Of a stretch of DNA of 64,000 nt, positions 33,150-54,903 are shown piece after piece. The notes beneath the pieces are model-generated. The model was given only the letters and a program-made list of their open reading frames with translations, searched no databases and was not told where the DNA came from. The stretch is taken from NCBI RefSeq assembly GCF_009914755.1, contig NC_060925.1. The stretch is one strand, 5' to 3'. The translations under genes were made by a program, and so were the position numbers. The stretch's first letter is position 1, and each line of letters opens with the position of its first letter. The stretch is from the human T2T-CHM13v2.0 reference genome, Homo sapiens.

Positions 33150-33700
33150 AATTCTCTTCTGCACTCAGCACCGTCATGGACACACAACGCGGGTGTCCTG
33201 AGATTTGTGGACCCCGGAGATGCAAAGACGATGGCAGCAGCGTTAACAACTAATTACAGTAGCGGCGACCGCGCCAAGGCTTTCCTTCAACCCTGATTCC
33301 GCAGATATCCGGAAAACTCTTACCCTCCCTCGATATGCCGCCCCCATCCGCAGCCACATCAAGCGGCTCTGTGCCGCTTACCTGGAACTGGGAATTTGGG
33401 TATATCTTGGAAGGCAACAACTCTTCACAGCGCTTCCCACATGGTACCAAGGAGCCCAACCCTCACCCGGAAACCTAAGGCATGCCGTAGAGCAACTTCC
33501 TGCTGCAGGCGCTACGGCAAGTGAAGAGGTTCAAGCTTGCCGGGAATGCGACGAGACAGCTCCGCCTCCCGAGACGAAAGCCCGCCCCTCAGCCCGCCGG
33601 ACTCAGGCTCAAGTCTGAGCTTCGCCTCTGTAGCTCCGGTTTAGCGGTCTGCTCTGCGGCTTGTGTCTGAAGCTTTCGGTCTCTGGATGGGCCTTCTGTG
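33150..33700 (-). promoter_or_regulatory. CpG-rich TATA-less HEATR1 promoter with ETS-like motifs and a GC box
   Basis: High CpG density versus flanks; CCGGAA at ~33467, ACTTCCTG at ~33495, CCCGCCCC at ~33580. Confidence 0.8.
33382..33480 (-). other. HEATR1: HEATR1 exon 1 (5'UTR, non-coding); TSS approximate
   Basis: Donor CAG|GTAAGC at 33382/33381 inside a CpG-rich region; 5' end inferred. Confidence 0.8.
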
Positions 33701-33769
33701 GGCTTTAAGGATCCGTAGCCAGAATCATTCATTCAGTAGTGATCCAGCCTTTACTAGGTGCCAGCAGCA

Positions 33770-34413
<644 letters not shown>

Positions 34414-35494
34414 TTAGCAAATGCATGTATAGGTGTAATGACCTCCCCAGTCAAAATGACAGTTTCCATCGCCCCTAAAAATTGTCTCTTGCCTGTTTGC
34501 GAAGATTCCCGCAACCACTGGTCTTGGCCTCACTACAGATAGTGTTGCGGAAGAGTATCCTTATGTATGAATATAGCTAATCTGTTTCCAAAACACCGGT
34601 ATGCGCTAGAACTAGGATGAACTGACGTCTTCCAGACGAAGGAGTGAGATCTGATGCTCTGTCTTTTCTGGATGCATTAATTTCTCTGAAGAGCTCTGCG
34701 GGGCCAGGGGGTCAAGTCTTTCTGTAACCGTCTTCCCTGGAGAATGTCAGAAACACAGCTACAAATTTGGAGGCCCTGGTTGTCTATACCTCATGCAGAT
34801 TCTCTCCCATTTACAAACAGAATCTTTTGTTGTTGGTTTGCTTTAAAAGCATTTAAAACAACCAAATATTTTCTTCAGTTATTAGTATTTCTACTGACTG
34901 TTAATAATCTTCTTTTCATGTGGTGTTGAGTGCCTTGCAGAGAATAACATGAAAATTCTAGTAGTACCTATTTCATTCTTACAAACATATCTCTCAAAGG
35001 AATTTTTTTTTTCTTTCTAACATGTCACAGGAGTTTTACCTTTACAGAAGCAATCAGCTTTCGGTACTTTAAAAGAAATGAACACCAGGTCTGTTTCATT
35101 GATAAGATAATTTGCTTTTTTTGCTTAAAAAATACCCTATATATTTTTTAAAAGCTTTATTTAAGTGAAACTTGAAAAAGTGCTACAAAGATTTGACTCA
35201 GTCCTTCCTATGTCAGCTGTGATGGTGTATAGTGCCATGCCGAATTTTACTTTGGAAAGTAAAAAGGAAAACAAGTCAGATGTTCATAAATGTAATTTTT
35301 TTTTTAAAAAAAGCTTTGGTTTTAAAAAAAATGTAATAATCTTGAATTATATATTTTTATCTGACGGACAGATGTACCAAGCTGGTATTTTCTTCATAGC
35401 CATTATCACTACTTGAAATGACCTGATTTGTCTGTTTGTTTACCTGTTTATTTCTTGTATTCCCTCACTATAATATTGGCTTCAGCACGTTGGC

Positions 35495-36700
35495 ATAAAG
35501 CCCATCCCTAAGACTTATGGAGCCTGAGAAAGAGTACAGATGGACTCACTGCTGTAGGTGTAAATATTTAAAAGTTATAAATTAACTTAACACATTATTA
35601 ACTAGGATATGCTATAACTCTCAATATTGGTGAGTAAACATTTATAATGGCAAAATAAAAATGTTTTTACATAGATGAAAATCAGCAAAATCTGATTGCA
35701 TTTAATTATATCATTCCTGTCCGGGTGTCCTATTGATTGGCTGATTATTTTGGATGAGTGATAAAGACATCTATAGTTAATACATTTCCTATATATTTAG
35801 CCCATGAAAATTTACCTTCATTTCAGCAAAATTACCATGTATGCTGTTTGATCAAGATTTTCATGTAATTGTGTTCTATCAGAAATAATGATCAAAAAGG
35901 ATTAAAAATAAAATTTAATTATATTCAAAACATATAGTTTGAATGTTTCAATAAAAATATAAATTAAATTAAAAAGCAATACATTAAATCTTTTTCACTT
36001 TTTTCAAAAGATTTACCTTTCTTATAAGATGTAAAGTATAATTAGTGACAATATTTTTTTTTTGTTTTGAGATGGAGTCTTGCTCTGTCGCCCAGGCTCG
36101 AGTGTGGTGGCGTGATCTCAGCTCACTGCAACCTCCGCCTCCCAGGTTCAAGCAATCCTCTGCCTCAGCTTCTCAAGTAGCTGGGATTACAGGTGCCTGC
36201 CACCACACCCAGCTAATTTTTGTATTTTTAGTAGAGACGGGGTTTAATTAGTGACAAAATTTTAAGTAAAATAATTTAAATAAATCTAAAGTTGTATTTG
36301 TTTTTTTGGTAAATATTACTTAATGAAATTGTTCATTAAAGTAAATTACTCACAAGCGTATCATTCAATGTCCACCTAGTTGCCAGTGTAAAGAATTGGT
36401 ATCACCCTTTGTTCATGTTATGTCTGTATCTACCTATTTTCAAATTTCAGAGTCATGTGAATTGTTTAATATTGTTAAATGTTCCTCAGCAACCATATCT
36501 GATTGTTGAGAATTCTACACTAATTCCTGAGTATATCCAGAACCATAAATTGGGGGGAAAAAAAGGAAATAAGAAATTCCATGTTTGGAACTACTTAGAT
36601 ATAATACTTTATAATGCAAAAATATGTTCATGTAGTTTGAAAGGAAAAGTGTGACAAATTAACTTTTCTTTTCTCTTACCTAAGCATTTCTGTATTCAGC
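35495..36700. mobile_element. hAT-Tip100 (MER91/Zaphod-like) fossil interrupted by a partial Alu (36053-36245, -)
   Basis: gagtacagatgga...taaatatttaaaagttataaattaac resembles the MER91/Zaphod end. Confidence 0.5.
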
Positions 36701-36715
36701 ATCCTGGTCGGGTCC

Positions 36716-37052
36716 CGGCCAGGTGCGGTGGCTCATGCCTGTAACCCAGCACTTTGGAGGCTGAGGCGGGCGGCTCACCTGAGGTCAGGAGTTTGAGACC
36801 AGCCTGGCCAACATGGTGAAACCCCATCTCTACTAATAATACTAATCCTGACTCTACTAAAAAAAAATTGGCCGGGCGTGGTGGCGCACGCCTGTAATCC
36901 CAGCTACTAGGGAGGCTGAGGCAGGAGAATCTCTTGAACCGGGAGGTGGAGGTTGCAGTGAGCCGACATCGCGCCGTTTGCACTCCAGCCTGGGCAACAA
37001 GAGCGAAACTCCGTCTCAAAAATAAAACGAAACAAAAAACAAACAAAAAAAC
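36716..37052 (+). mobile_element. AluS with an expanded middle linker
   Basis: Alu consensus. Confidence 0.93.
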
Positions 37053-37647
37053 AAATTCTCCCTATGCTCTTAGGCAGCGTCCGGAAACAGTACAATCCAC
37101 GGATATTCAGTGTATTCAGACAGGGTTGTCTTTTACTTTCAGGACAAGGGACAAGAGACCTATTTCCCACAAACTTAAATGCATAAATCATGAGGGTCTA
37201 TGTTTAGGTTTATAGGTTATGCCACAGTAGTGCTAAATGGCAGGTTTTGAAAGGCAGGTTCCCACATTTTTAAGCAAATTTATTTTGTATGATTTGTGAT
37301 ATGCAGAGATCACGATCTAAGGATGATGTTGAAGACTTTCTCGTGTTTACTACTAAATCCTAACTACCAAATAAAGTACCTGGAACGTGGTTAACAATAC
37401 ATATTTATTTATCGAATGAATGAATGAATATAAATGTGCATAAGCTGTATCTGTATCTCCTTCCTGTTCAAGAAATGTGTATCAGAATTCAAGTGAATAA
37501 GTGTAGCATTATTATAGGAATAACTTAGAATTATTCTAACTATAATAAAAGTAAAATTTTCACAAACTTCAAAGTTTAATTATTAGTAGAGTGTTTACAT
37601 CATATATCACAACTGATGGGATACCATCCACTTGAAAATATATCTGT

Positions 37648-37960
37648 TGCTGGGCTCAGTGGCTCACGCTTGTAAACCCAGCAAGGTTGAGAGGCCAAGG
37701 CTGGCATATCGCTTGAGCCCAGGAATTCAAGACCAGTCTGAGCAACATGGGGAAACTCCACCTCTGCAATGAGCACAAAAATTAGCCGGGCATGGTAGCA
37801 CGCCCTGGGAGGCTGAAAATGGGAGGATCAGTTGAGCCTGGGAGGATCAATTGAGCCTGGGAGGCAGAGGTTGAAGTGAGCTGAAATTGCACCACTGAAC
37901 TCCAGCCTGGGTACCAGAGGGAGTCGCAAAAAGTAAAAATAAAGAAAGAAAGAAAAATAA
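37648..37960 (+). mobile_element. AluJ-like
   Basis: Diverged Alu consensus. Confidence 0.88.
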
Positions 37961-39004
37961 CGAGAAAAGAAATAGGATGTGTGTAATTAGCAATGTAAAG
38001 TCAACATATGAAATCTACATTTTGGCAATATGCTAAAAAAAATTGACTAGTTAAATGATTGAGAAGTATGTGTTTCATCATATTGCATCCCAAACAAATT
38101 TATTTGCATTTTTATAAGCTTGAGCACTTGTGCTCTTGCTACCAAAAAATTTATAATTTTTTTTTTTTTTTTTTTTTTGGTTATTTTGAAATGTACTGGG
38201 AGGGAGCTAGGAATTAAAAAAAAAAAAAAAGATTTGGAAATCAACAGGAGCAAGTTCCTGAAACATCTTTGGAAACCGGCAGGTGGCACCAAAGCATTTT
38301 CCTGACCCCAGAGGGCATTCAGGGTATCCCCAGTTGCCTTATGGAAGTATCAGTTTTCACACTTTTTAAAATGGAAAATTATATACAATTATCTAAAAAT
38401 TGGTTCATGAAAGCTTCCATGTGTCATAAAAATGCCATAAAAATAATGCCTTCGAAGGTTGTTTAGAGAACTACAGGACTTAACAATATTTAGATATTCT
38501 TGGCTAATGAGAATCATTCAAAGTCATTGTTTAATAAATACATTAAATTTAGATGTGGGTAGCCTGAATCCCTTTCTTCTCTCATCCTCACCACATTCTA
38601 AGTTAGCTTCTATTGACTATTTGCCACTGGGGACACTTCTTATTGATGAGGGCAATGGTGAAGTAGAGAACTGGGAAAGCCAGCAGGTGAAACCAGCATA
38701 TTTATCATATAAATATGGTAGCAAAGAATTATCCAGGACAGTTTTGGGGAGGAGATGAGGGACAAAGGACTTGGTTCTATGTGAGATGGTTTTGAAGGGA
38801 AATTTGGGACAGAAAGAGTTTTGGGAGGAAGTTGGAGAGAAGGGCAACTCCCTGTGTGAGATAATATTACATACTAGATGGATAGGAAATAGAGAGAAAA
38901 AAAGATTTTTGTTTTATGTTTGGATTCTTCCTTAGGTATTCTTAAAAGACTTATGTGAAAATTTCAATTTATTTTTAGTTCTATTTGAGAGTGACTAGTA
39001 TTTC

Positions 39005-39339
<335 letters not shown>

Positions 39340-39389
39340 TAAGCCAGTCTAGTTTTATGTGGGTTATTGGAAGAAAGAGACAAAGATAT

Positions 39390-42960
<3,571 letters not shown>

Positions 42961-44049
42961 TACAGCTAAGTATAAATACAATTTATGTAAGTATATATAT
43001 TTAAACATAAACTTATAAAAACAATAGTTTGACAGTTTTAAACAAAAATAATCAAGGATTCTTTTTCTAATTTATCTATTGGTACCCATGATTTTTTTAC
43101 ATGATGTCATTTTCCCTTTTAAATCAGCCTCTAATATTTAAACCTTGATATATATAGTTTAAATTTCTTTCCCATAAATGGCTCCACATAAATTACTTGC
43201 TAGAGACTATATATTAACAATTATTTAAATACCAATGCACATTTTGGTTTATGCTATTTTAAAGACTTTTTTTTTAGACTGAAATCTAAGGGCTTACTTT
43301 GAAGAAGACATTCAGTTCTAAGAGCCAGGTTTCTATAACAGAAGACATAATGGAATGAATTTACTCCTTTAAATTTACTTATAAAGACATTTGGAAATTT
43401 TTTATTATGTATGTCAGAGGACCTGTCTGTAAAAGTCATTGTACATGTAAAAATTTTGAGTTACAAGTGAATTGCAAACTTTGAAGAATTTAAGGTCTTA
43501 ATTAAAGGGTAATATATTTATATCTAATGCCATTATTATTTTTACTTTCAGAAAGTTAAATGGAGGGATATATCACATCCAAAAACTTCAACATTGGACA
43601 GGTCAAAATTATTTGAACATTTTGAAGGTTGGAAGGATGATGGTATACCTTTAAGAAACTACTTTGATGGGTACTAGCAAAGTGAGTCCTATCATACTTC
43701 ACACATATCATTGGTTTTGTGTTTTCATTGAATGTGCTTTCAAATGTTTCAAAAGGTCTCAGAATCTTTAGGGAACCGTGGTTATTGTACAAGCAGCATA
43801 TCAAAGAAGACTATACAAATAACGATACGATACCTCTCATGCCTCGTTCTTCCAGTAATAAGGAGTTTGGGATCCCTGTGCCCATTGACATTTTTCCCAG
43901 AGACGTGATTTGTTAGTAGTTTGCATAATTTGTAAGTGTAGCTTATTTGACAAAGCAGTACTTTGTAGTAATCTGTGCCAAGATCACCAATAAAATGAGT
44001 CTTCAAGTAATTTCAGATTCATCACTATGTCATTCAAGGCAAGTCAATT

Positions 44050-44600
44050 CAATGAACCTTAACTACAGTTCTACAAAATGCCTGGCACTCTAATAAATGA
44101 TAGAAAGATGGCCAATATACAGGGCCCATGGTTAGCCAGAAAGAAGCCTTAGGAGAGTCTGGTTCAGAAAGGAGGCAGGTCAGATAAACCATGCCAACCA
44201 TCAGGGTTATAGAGATTGAGGGCATGGAGGGGTCAACCTTCCCTGGGGAGTTCATCTTTCCAGGGAAGATGACATTTGAACTGCATCTTGAAAGGTTGAC
44301 TAGAAACAAGCCAGGGTATGATACTCCAGGGAACAAATCATTCCGGGCAGTGGGTTGGCATGTAAAAGGCACAGAGACATGAAGCAGAGCATTCGAGGAA
44401 CTACCAGACTGATCGCACTAGTCCATGGGGTGTGCTAGAAGGAAAAACCAAGGAACCAGTTGGAGCAAGTGATGGAGTTTGGAAATGGAAGATGTTCTAA
44501 ATTGCAGGTGGTTGATTCTGGCCAAGGAGCGGAGGTTACGTTGGAGCGGCGAAGGCTGATGACAGAGAGACCAGTAACGTGGTGATCGCAATAGTTCAGT
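44050..44600. mobile_element. L2-like fragments
   Basis: tgcctggcac...aataaatg; gacatttgaactgcatcttgaaagg. Confidence 0.55.
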
Positions 44601-45569
44601 ACCGGTGTTATGTTAACATTTCAGTAAGTTTCCCTACAGATATCATTTTAAAACAATTTCTTCCATTTTATAGTATAATTGATTGAAATTAAAAGTGTTA
44701 AGGGTTTTAAAACTGTGCAAGAAATTTATGAAATAAAAAGAGCTATCAGAAAGGAAGGCACTACACAAAAACTAATGGCAACTAAGAAAGGCTTTGCAGA
44801 GCTTAGGGGTAGCTCACCAGTGTCTTAAATCTAAGCCAAACTGCCACTCAAAAGACACTGTAACACTAAATGGAAGAACTGCGTGCTCAAGCCAGAAGGG
44901 CACATCAATCAAACTAACTTTCCCCTGGTAGATTTTCCATTGCTCTGTCATAATCTTTTTTTGTCCCCCTTAGGGCTAACTGAAAGTTAGATTAGCATTA
45001 GTGCAATATCTATGTGTCCAAAATGTAGACAGAAAGAAGACATTAGCTGAGATGGTTTCATCAGCACAATTATTATCGTTCCTTATAGAGTCCCTGCCAA
45101 ATGCTGGATTTTGCAAAGCGAGAACTTTTTAGATGAAATACCAAGCTTCTGTCCTTGCTTTATAATAAGCAGTGTTAAACAATTAAATATTTTTAGACTT
45201 TGGGTGTGTGTGTGTGTTTGTGTGTGTGTGTTATGTTTTCTCTATTTTAGCTAAACTTGCTGAAAATAGCAACATTTGTCTTCCTTCACTTCAGATAAGA
45301 TTGACAGGTGGCACTGTCTACATCTCGTCTACCTGGATGCCTTCTACCCCACCTCCTCTGGAACTCGCAGTAGAAACTCTCAGGTCTGGGCATTGTAGCT
45401 TCACAGATGGGTCAGGAAGGGCCCAGAAGAGTCCACTGCAACACCAGCCATTTGTGTCTTCAGGTAAAGCAATTATGTTTTCCACAGTTCTGCAGCATTT
45501 TCGAAGTGTAAACGTCCTTAGAGACCATGCTATTCAGCTCTTCATTATATAGATGAAGAAAGTTTCAGT

Positions 45570-46930
45570 AAAATTCCATTTTCACTGATTAGATTGGCAA
45601 AGTATAAAAAAGATTTACAATATTCAGTGGTGGTGAAGGTGTAAAGGGGAGCATCTTCATTCCTGTTGAGGAAAACATCAAGCTGTACATTTTTGGAGGG
45701 CAGTTTGGCACTACCTGTACAATAGTTCTTTTGAGACAGGGTCTCACTGTGTCATCCGGGCTGAGTGCAGTGGTTCAATCACGGCTCATTGCAGCTTTGA
45801 CTTCCCAGGCTCAAGTGATCTTCCCACCTCAGCCTCCTGAGTAGTTGGGACTACAGGTGTGTATCACTATGCCCAGATAATTTTTGATTTTTTGTAGAGA
45901 TGGGGTCTTGCTATGTTGCCCAGGCTGGTCTAAAACTCCTGGACTCAAGCAATTCCCCTGCCTCAGCCTCCCAAAGTGCTGAGATTACAGGTGTGAGCCA
46001 CCGTGCCCTGCCACAAATTTAAAATACATATAGACTTTGACTCAGCAATTCTATTTTTAAAAATTTATTTATTTACTTTATTTGATGTTGAACAGGGTTT
46101 CGCTCTGTCACCCAGGCTGGAGTGCAGCGGCGTGATCATGGCTCACTGCATCCTTGATCTCCCAGGCTCAAGTGATCCTTTCAACAAGTGATCCTCCTAC
46201 CTTAGCCTCCCAAGGAGCTGGGAGTACAGGTGTGTACCACAACACCCGGCTAATTTTTTAATATTTTGTAGAGATGGGGTTTTGCCATGTTGCCCAGGCT
46301 GGTCTTGAACTCATGAGTTCAAGCAATCTGCCCATCTCAACCTGCCAAAGTGCTGGGATTACAGGCATGAGCCAGCAATTCCATTTTCAGAAAGCTATCT
46401 TAAAGAATCCTAATACATATGCATGAGGATATATGTATAGTTGTGCTTATTGAAAAATTTTTAGATGGTAAAAATCTAGTGTCAATCTAAGTGTCCATCA
46501 GTGATGGGAATTGTTAAATAAATGAAAGTATCTCTGTGTCATGAAATATAAGACTGCAGCAGGAAAGAATGTCCATGATATACTGTTAAGTGGAAAAAGC
46601 AAGTTAGAGGACAATAGTCTGATTCCATTTTTATAAAAAATATTTAAATGCTTATAGAGAAATATACAAAGTGATATATACCAAATTTTTAACAGAGATT
46701 ATATTATGAGGTAGACTCAGAGTGAGGCAAAGTACATTTTTACTCTATATATTTAAATATTGCTTAAAATTTTTGTAATAAGCATGTATTACTTTCGTCC
46801 TTTTTTTAAGGAAGAAAAATCTGAGACTCAGATAAATGAAATAACTTGTTCAAATCACTCAAATGTTTAGTGACAAAGATAAGACCAGCCCCCAGGTTTC
46901 GAATCCCAGTCCAGTGCTTTTTCTACCAAA
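45570..46930. mobile_element. L1M 3' fragment containing two minus-strand AluJ (45728-46012; 46075-46375), followed by a MIR
   Basis: L1 3' motifs (ctttgactcagcaattc, aagtgtccatcagt) and Alu consensus. Confidence 0.75.
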
Positions 46931-47213
46931 CCAAGATCTTAAGAGACATTTACCTGAACCTCTGGCTTTCTGTAGATCTAGTCAGATTTTGTATTTCTTC
47001 ATAAAGTAATTATAAAATAGATAATTTACTGCTTTTATCAAGACATATAAATTTCTGAACCTCTAAACCAACAGTGTATTCCTCTTTAGATTTTTTTCTC
47101 TGTATTCTTTGGTTATTCCCAAAGAAATATTCACTTATGGTTACTAGAATGACCAATTTTGACTACTTCCCTAACCACTAATCCACAAACACAGGATTGA
47201 AATCACACATTGG

Positions 47214-47519
47214 GGCCAGGCATGGTGGCTCATGCCTGTGATCCCAGCACTTTGGGAGGCTGAGGCGGGCAGATCACCTGAGGTCAGGAGTTCAAGAACA
47301 GCCTGGCCAACGTGGCAAAACCCCGTCTCTACTAAAAAATACAAAAATTAGCCACGTGTGGTGGCAGGCGCCTGTAATCCCAGCTACTCAGGAGGCTGAG
47401 GCAGGAGAATCATTTGAACCCAGGAGGTGGAGGTTTCAGTGAGCCGAGATCATTGCACTCCAGCCTGGCCGACAGAGCAAGACTCCATCTCAAAAACAAA
47501 AACAAAAGAAAAAAGAAAG
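47214..47519 (+). mobile_element. AluS with 15-bp TSD gaaatcacacattgg
   Basis: Alu consensus; perfect flanking direct repeat. Confidence 0.95.
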
Positions 47520-49017
47520 AAATCACACATTGGATATTATTCTCTAGCGGAACAGAAGACCCAGACTTTTCCAACAGAGTACGGATGTCTATTTGCAAAC
47601 TACAGAGGAATTTGCTGTCATGTTTCCTCATCTGTTCTTAGACTATCTTCTGCAGTCTTACTCAACCACAGTCGTTATTTTTAGCCGCATTTTGGTATTC
47701 ATGATGGATAGCACCACTGCTCTCCATTAAATTAAATTCAATACATGAACTTTTGGTTTACCTTAAAATCTACAGCAATATTAGCTTTTCCCATATGTGT
47801 GTTTTTTAAGTTTAATTTTGCTGATTCAAAAATTCAAGTGTAGGGTTAGATTTTTCAAACCTTAGGAATGACCATAATTATGGGGTTGATTTTTTTTCCC
47901 AGTTAATAAATGAGGGGAAACATCTGAAAGCAATTCAAAGGCAGACTTAAAAAATAATGTGTTTAAAAGACTATTTAATTATGTGGGAATATGTTACAAC
48001 ACCACGCTAAATAAAAAGAGATACAGGAAAATGTGTATCCAAAATTATCCTTCTTCAGCAAATATATATATATATATTTTTTTTTATATAATCATACATG
48101 CATAGATTAAGGTCTTGAAAGAAATAGATGTGGATATTAACAAGAACTCTGGGTGAGGAGACTGATTTCTATTTTCTTCCCTGTTTTCTCAAATGTTGTC
48201 AAAAAATGTTTACTTTTGACATCAGAAAAAGAAAGTTAAAAGATGGTGTACAAACTAATATAATCTAAAATAATACTTCCCAAATGTATTTTTCTGGGAA
48301 TAGCAGTCAGTGATAGATACTCCTAAAAGAGAATGGAACAACCTCATCTTAATTTGCGTATACAGTTGCTGGTGGAGAAGGGAGCTGAAGTTTGACTTTG
48401 TAAAAGAAAAAATGGACTGCAGTAATCAAGAGAGAAATGAAGGAGACCGAGGGCAAGCGGAGAGAGGAAGGAGGTGCAGAGGCTGACTACTGATTTGCTT
48501 GGGTGGAGCTCAGATTTCAGACATGGAATGTACCAAGCCAGGGTGACTTCCAAGAGAGGACTTGGTAGAAAGTGGAGAAAGGGACGTGTGTTATCGAACG
48601 AAAGGGAAATTAAAACACTCCTCTGGGCACAGGAAAGGAACAGCATAGCTAGACTGCCTCTACTCACCCCTAACTTTCAGCCAGGGCTTGGCACAGTTTT
48701 CAGCACGTGTCAGCCTCTCCATTTTTCAGGAAGGTAAATGCAGGAAGATGTGGCATCTGAGAGACTGAGGCTGAGGCCACAATTATAGGGGAAACTGAAC
48801 AAGCTGACATATACCAGTGAAGTCTTGCTGGCATCATGACCTTGGTGGAGAGCTTTGTTACTCAGATGAGGCCAGAAGATTCTGTAATTGAAAGTACTCT
48901 CTTGGGTCTTGACATATTTCTTGTGCAAATAGTAGGTTAAAAAAGGGATACTGATCTAATCATCATAAAATATTAGAATCACATGAGTTAAAAAACCTGC
49001 AGGAAGTAAAGAAACAG

Positions 49018-49311
49018 GGCCAGGCACATTGGTTTATGCCTGTAATCCCAGCACTTTGGGAGGCCGAAGAGGGTGGATTGCTTGAGCCCAGGAGTTCGAG
49101 ACCAGCCCGGACAACATGGCAAAACCCTGTTTCTATAAAAAATAACAAAATTCACTGGGTGTGGTGGCGTACACCTGTAGTCCCATCTACTCAGGAGGCT
49201 GAGATGGGAGGATCACTTGAGCCTAGCAGGTTGAGGCTGCAGTGAGCTGTAACCGTGCCACCGCGCTCTAGCCTGGGCAACAGAGTGAGACCCTGTCTCA
49301 AAAAAAAAAAA
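49018..49311 (+). mobile_element. AluJ-like
   Basis: Alu consensus. Confidence 0.92.
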
Positions 49312-50675
49312 TTAGATTCATAGAAAAAAGAAAACCCTACAATGCTCTAATTTAGTTATTTGTAATTTTATTTTCTTAGGGATCAAGATACTGGTGAGTA
49401 GGAAGTAGAAGAGTCCTGGCTAAATTTACAGAGGGAGATCAATCAGAAATGTTGATATATATTATTTGATGGGTCACTGACTTTACAAATCATCCTGTAA
49501 AATTTCTTTAGCCTCTTTCTGTACTTCAATATTCCCCTCTGTAAAAGAAAATTCAAATTATACTTGCCCCCATTATCCTTAAAAATAATGTAAGCATTAA
49601 GGTGCAATGCTGAAATAATAACATAAACATACCATGACATGTTCCTGCTTAGTATTCTTCGGAAAAAAATCTCTTACTCACTCACCTGTGGTGAGTAACA
49701 GTTTATTTTGGGTGAAGTAAAAAGCAGCAAAGATTTACTTATAGTAATTCCCCAGTACTACAAGGGTCACTTAATTGGCTCCTTATTTTTCCTCCTCCTC
49801 CAATCTATAAAACTCAAAATAAATTAAATGCTCATTACCAACTCCTATAGTGGTGGAATAAAGCAAGAAGTGTAATGATAACTCCATTAGTTTTCATCCT
49901 TACTAGTACCCATTTCAAAAGTCATATTGGGAAAGACAGTTGAAACTATAGACTAAAACAAGAAATATTAAATTACCTGTAAATTTCACCATACTTAACC
50001 AACAACCCTACCATTGGCCATCTTTACCTCCTGGTCCCTTGTGGTATAATAGTTAACTGCATTATGAGGGTAGGGGGGTGGATTTGGTCTCTAAGGAGAA
50101 GTAGAGGCCAGGTTTGGGGGACTTCTTTGTTGCTGTTTATAATAATGCAAATGAAGTAGTACCATCTGCATATTCCCAGAGAATATCTATATTAGTTTTA
50201 AAACTTCTGAAATGTATGTGTTTATTCAAAAACATTTATTAAGAGCTTAATATGTCCAGAGGAGTTATGCTAGGGGCTAGAAACACAAAGATAAATAACA
50301 TAGTCTGCAATCTCAAGTAGCTCCCACTGTAAAATAAAAAAAAGCAAAAACTTCTAAAGCTTTTTCCTTTAATACTAAAATGATAGATTTCATTATATTT
50401 TTCGATAACGCTAAGTTAAAGAAGGAGATATAAAATCATCCATTATCTTTACCACCTAGAAATAACCACTTTTAATACTTTTTAACATTATATATGCATA
50501 TATTTAAAAGGAATGATATTTGAAATATCTACTGTTTTGTAAACTGTTTTTTTTGCCCCAGGAACATTTTTCCATGCTAAAATTTCTGTGAATACCTACA
50601 AAATTGGTACTATAATTTATAGGTATCATAATTTATTTAAATATGTTTATTTCTAAACAGGCTGTGGAAAATGAC

Positions 50676-50679
<4 letters not shown>

Positions 50680-50714
<35 letters not shown>
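50680..50714. repeat. (CA)n microsatellite
   Basis: About 17 CA units. Confidence 0.95.
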
Positions 50715-50718
<4 letters not shown>

Positions 50719-51010
50719 ATTGTGGGATTGTGGCATCCAAGTAAGACTCACTTTTAATTTCATTTTCTGTGCTTCACCTGATCTAGGCAGCCACAGGTAA
50801 AGCCTTTGCTCTCTCTAAGTTTTGGTTGTCTCTGTGTGCCAGGAAGGAGCATGGAGGCCAATAACATCATGGTACTCTTTTTTGAGACCATAAGGCAGAG
50901 GAACCTGGGTGGAACATGCATTGCTAAAATGTACACATCCTCCTATGTAAGTTGACTTTGAATGCATGAGTGGGTCTAGTTTCCCTGACCTCAAGATGCT
51001 AAGAAGAAAC

Positions 51011-54256
<3,246 letters not shown>

Positions 54257-54614
54257 AAGCTTAACAATGCCTCGAGTGTTTACTGATCCTGTGACAAGGA
54301 AAGTAAGAAGAAACAGAACAGAAGACTTTGTCCATGATCCTTACTGGAATTGTTAACTTGCCTGCTTCTACACTGCCAACCACAGGAGTAGAGACAGCTT
54401 TAGCTTTCATTACATGAAAAGTACTGCCAACTTGGGTAATTCAATATAAGACCAGAGCCTTCAGGGAGACAACAAAGAAAAATACATCTTATTTAAGGAG
54501 AACGACCAGTCAAAAAGAAGAATATAAGTCAAAACTAACAGAACATTTATTAATCAGGATAAAGTAGCTGAAAAAGATAGACAACATCTTGAATTGTAAA
54601 AAATAGTAAAAGTG

Positions 54615-54903
54615 AGCTAGGCATGGTGGCTTTTGCCTGTAATCAGCTACTTGGGGGCTGAGGTGGGAGGATCACTAGAGGCCAGGAGTTCAAGACCAGC
54701 CTGGACAACATAGAAAGACCCAGTCTCTGCAAAAATTTTTAAAAATTAGCCAGACGTGGTGGAGTGTGCCTGTGGTTCTAGCTACTCAGGAGGCTAAGGC
54801 AGGAGGATCCCTGGAGCTCAAGAGTTCGAGGCTGCAGTAAGCTATAATCACACTACTGTACTCCAGCCTGGGTGAGTGAGCAAACCCCAACTCTTAAAAA
54901 AAA
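54615..54903 (+). mobile_element. AluJ-like
   Basis: Alu consensus. Confidence 0.9.
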
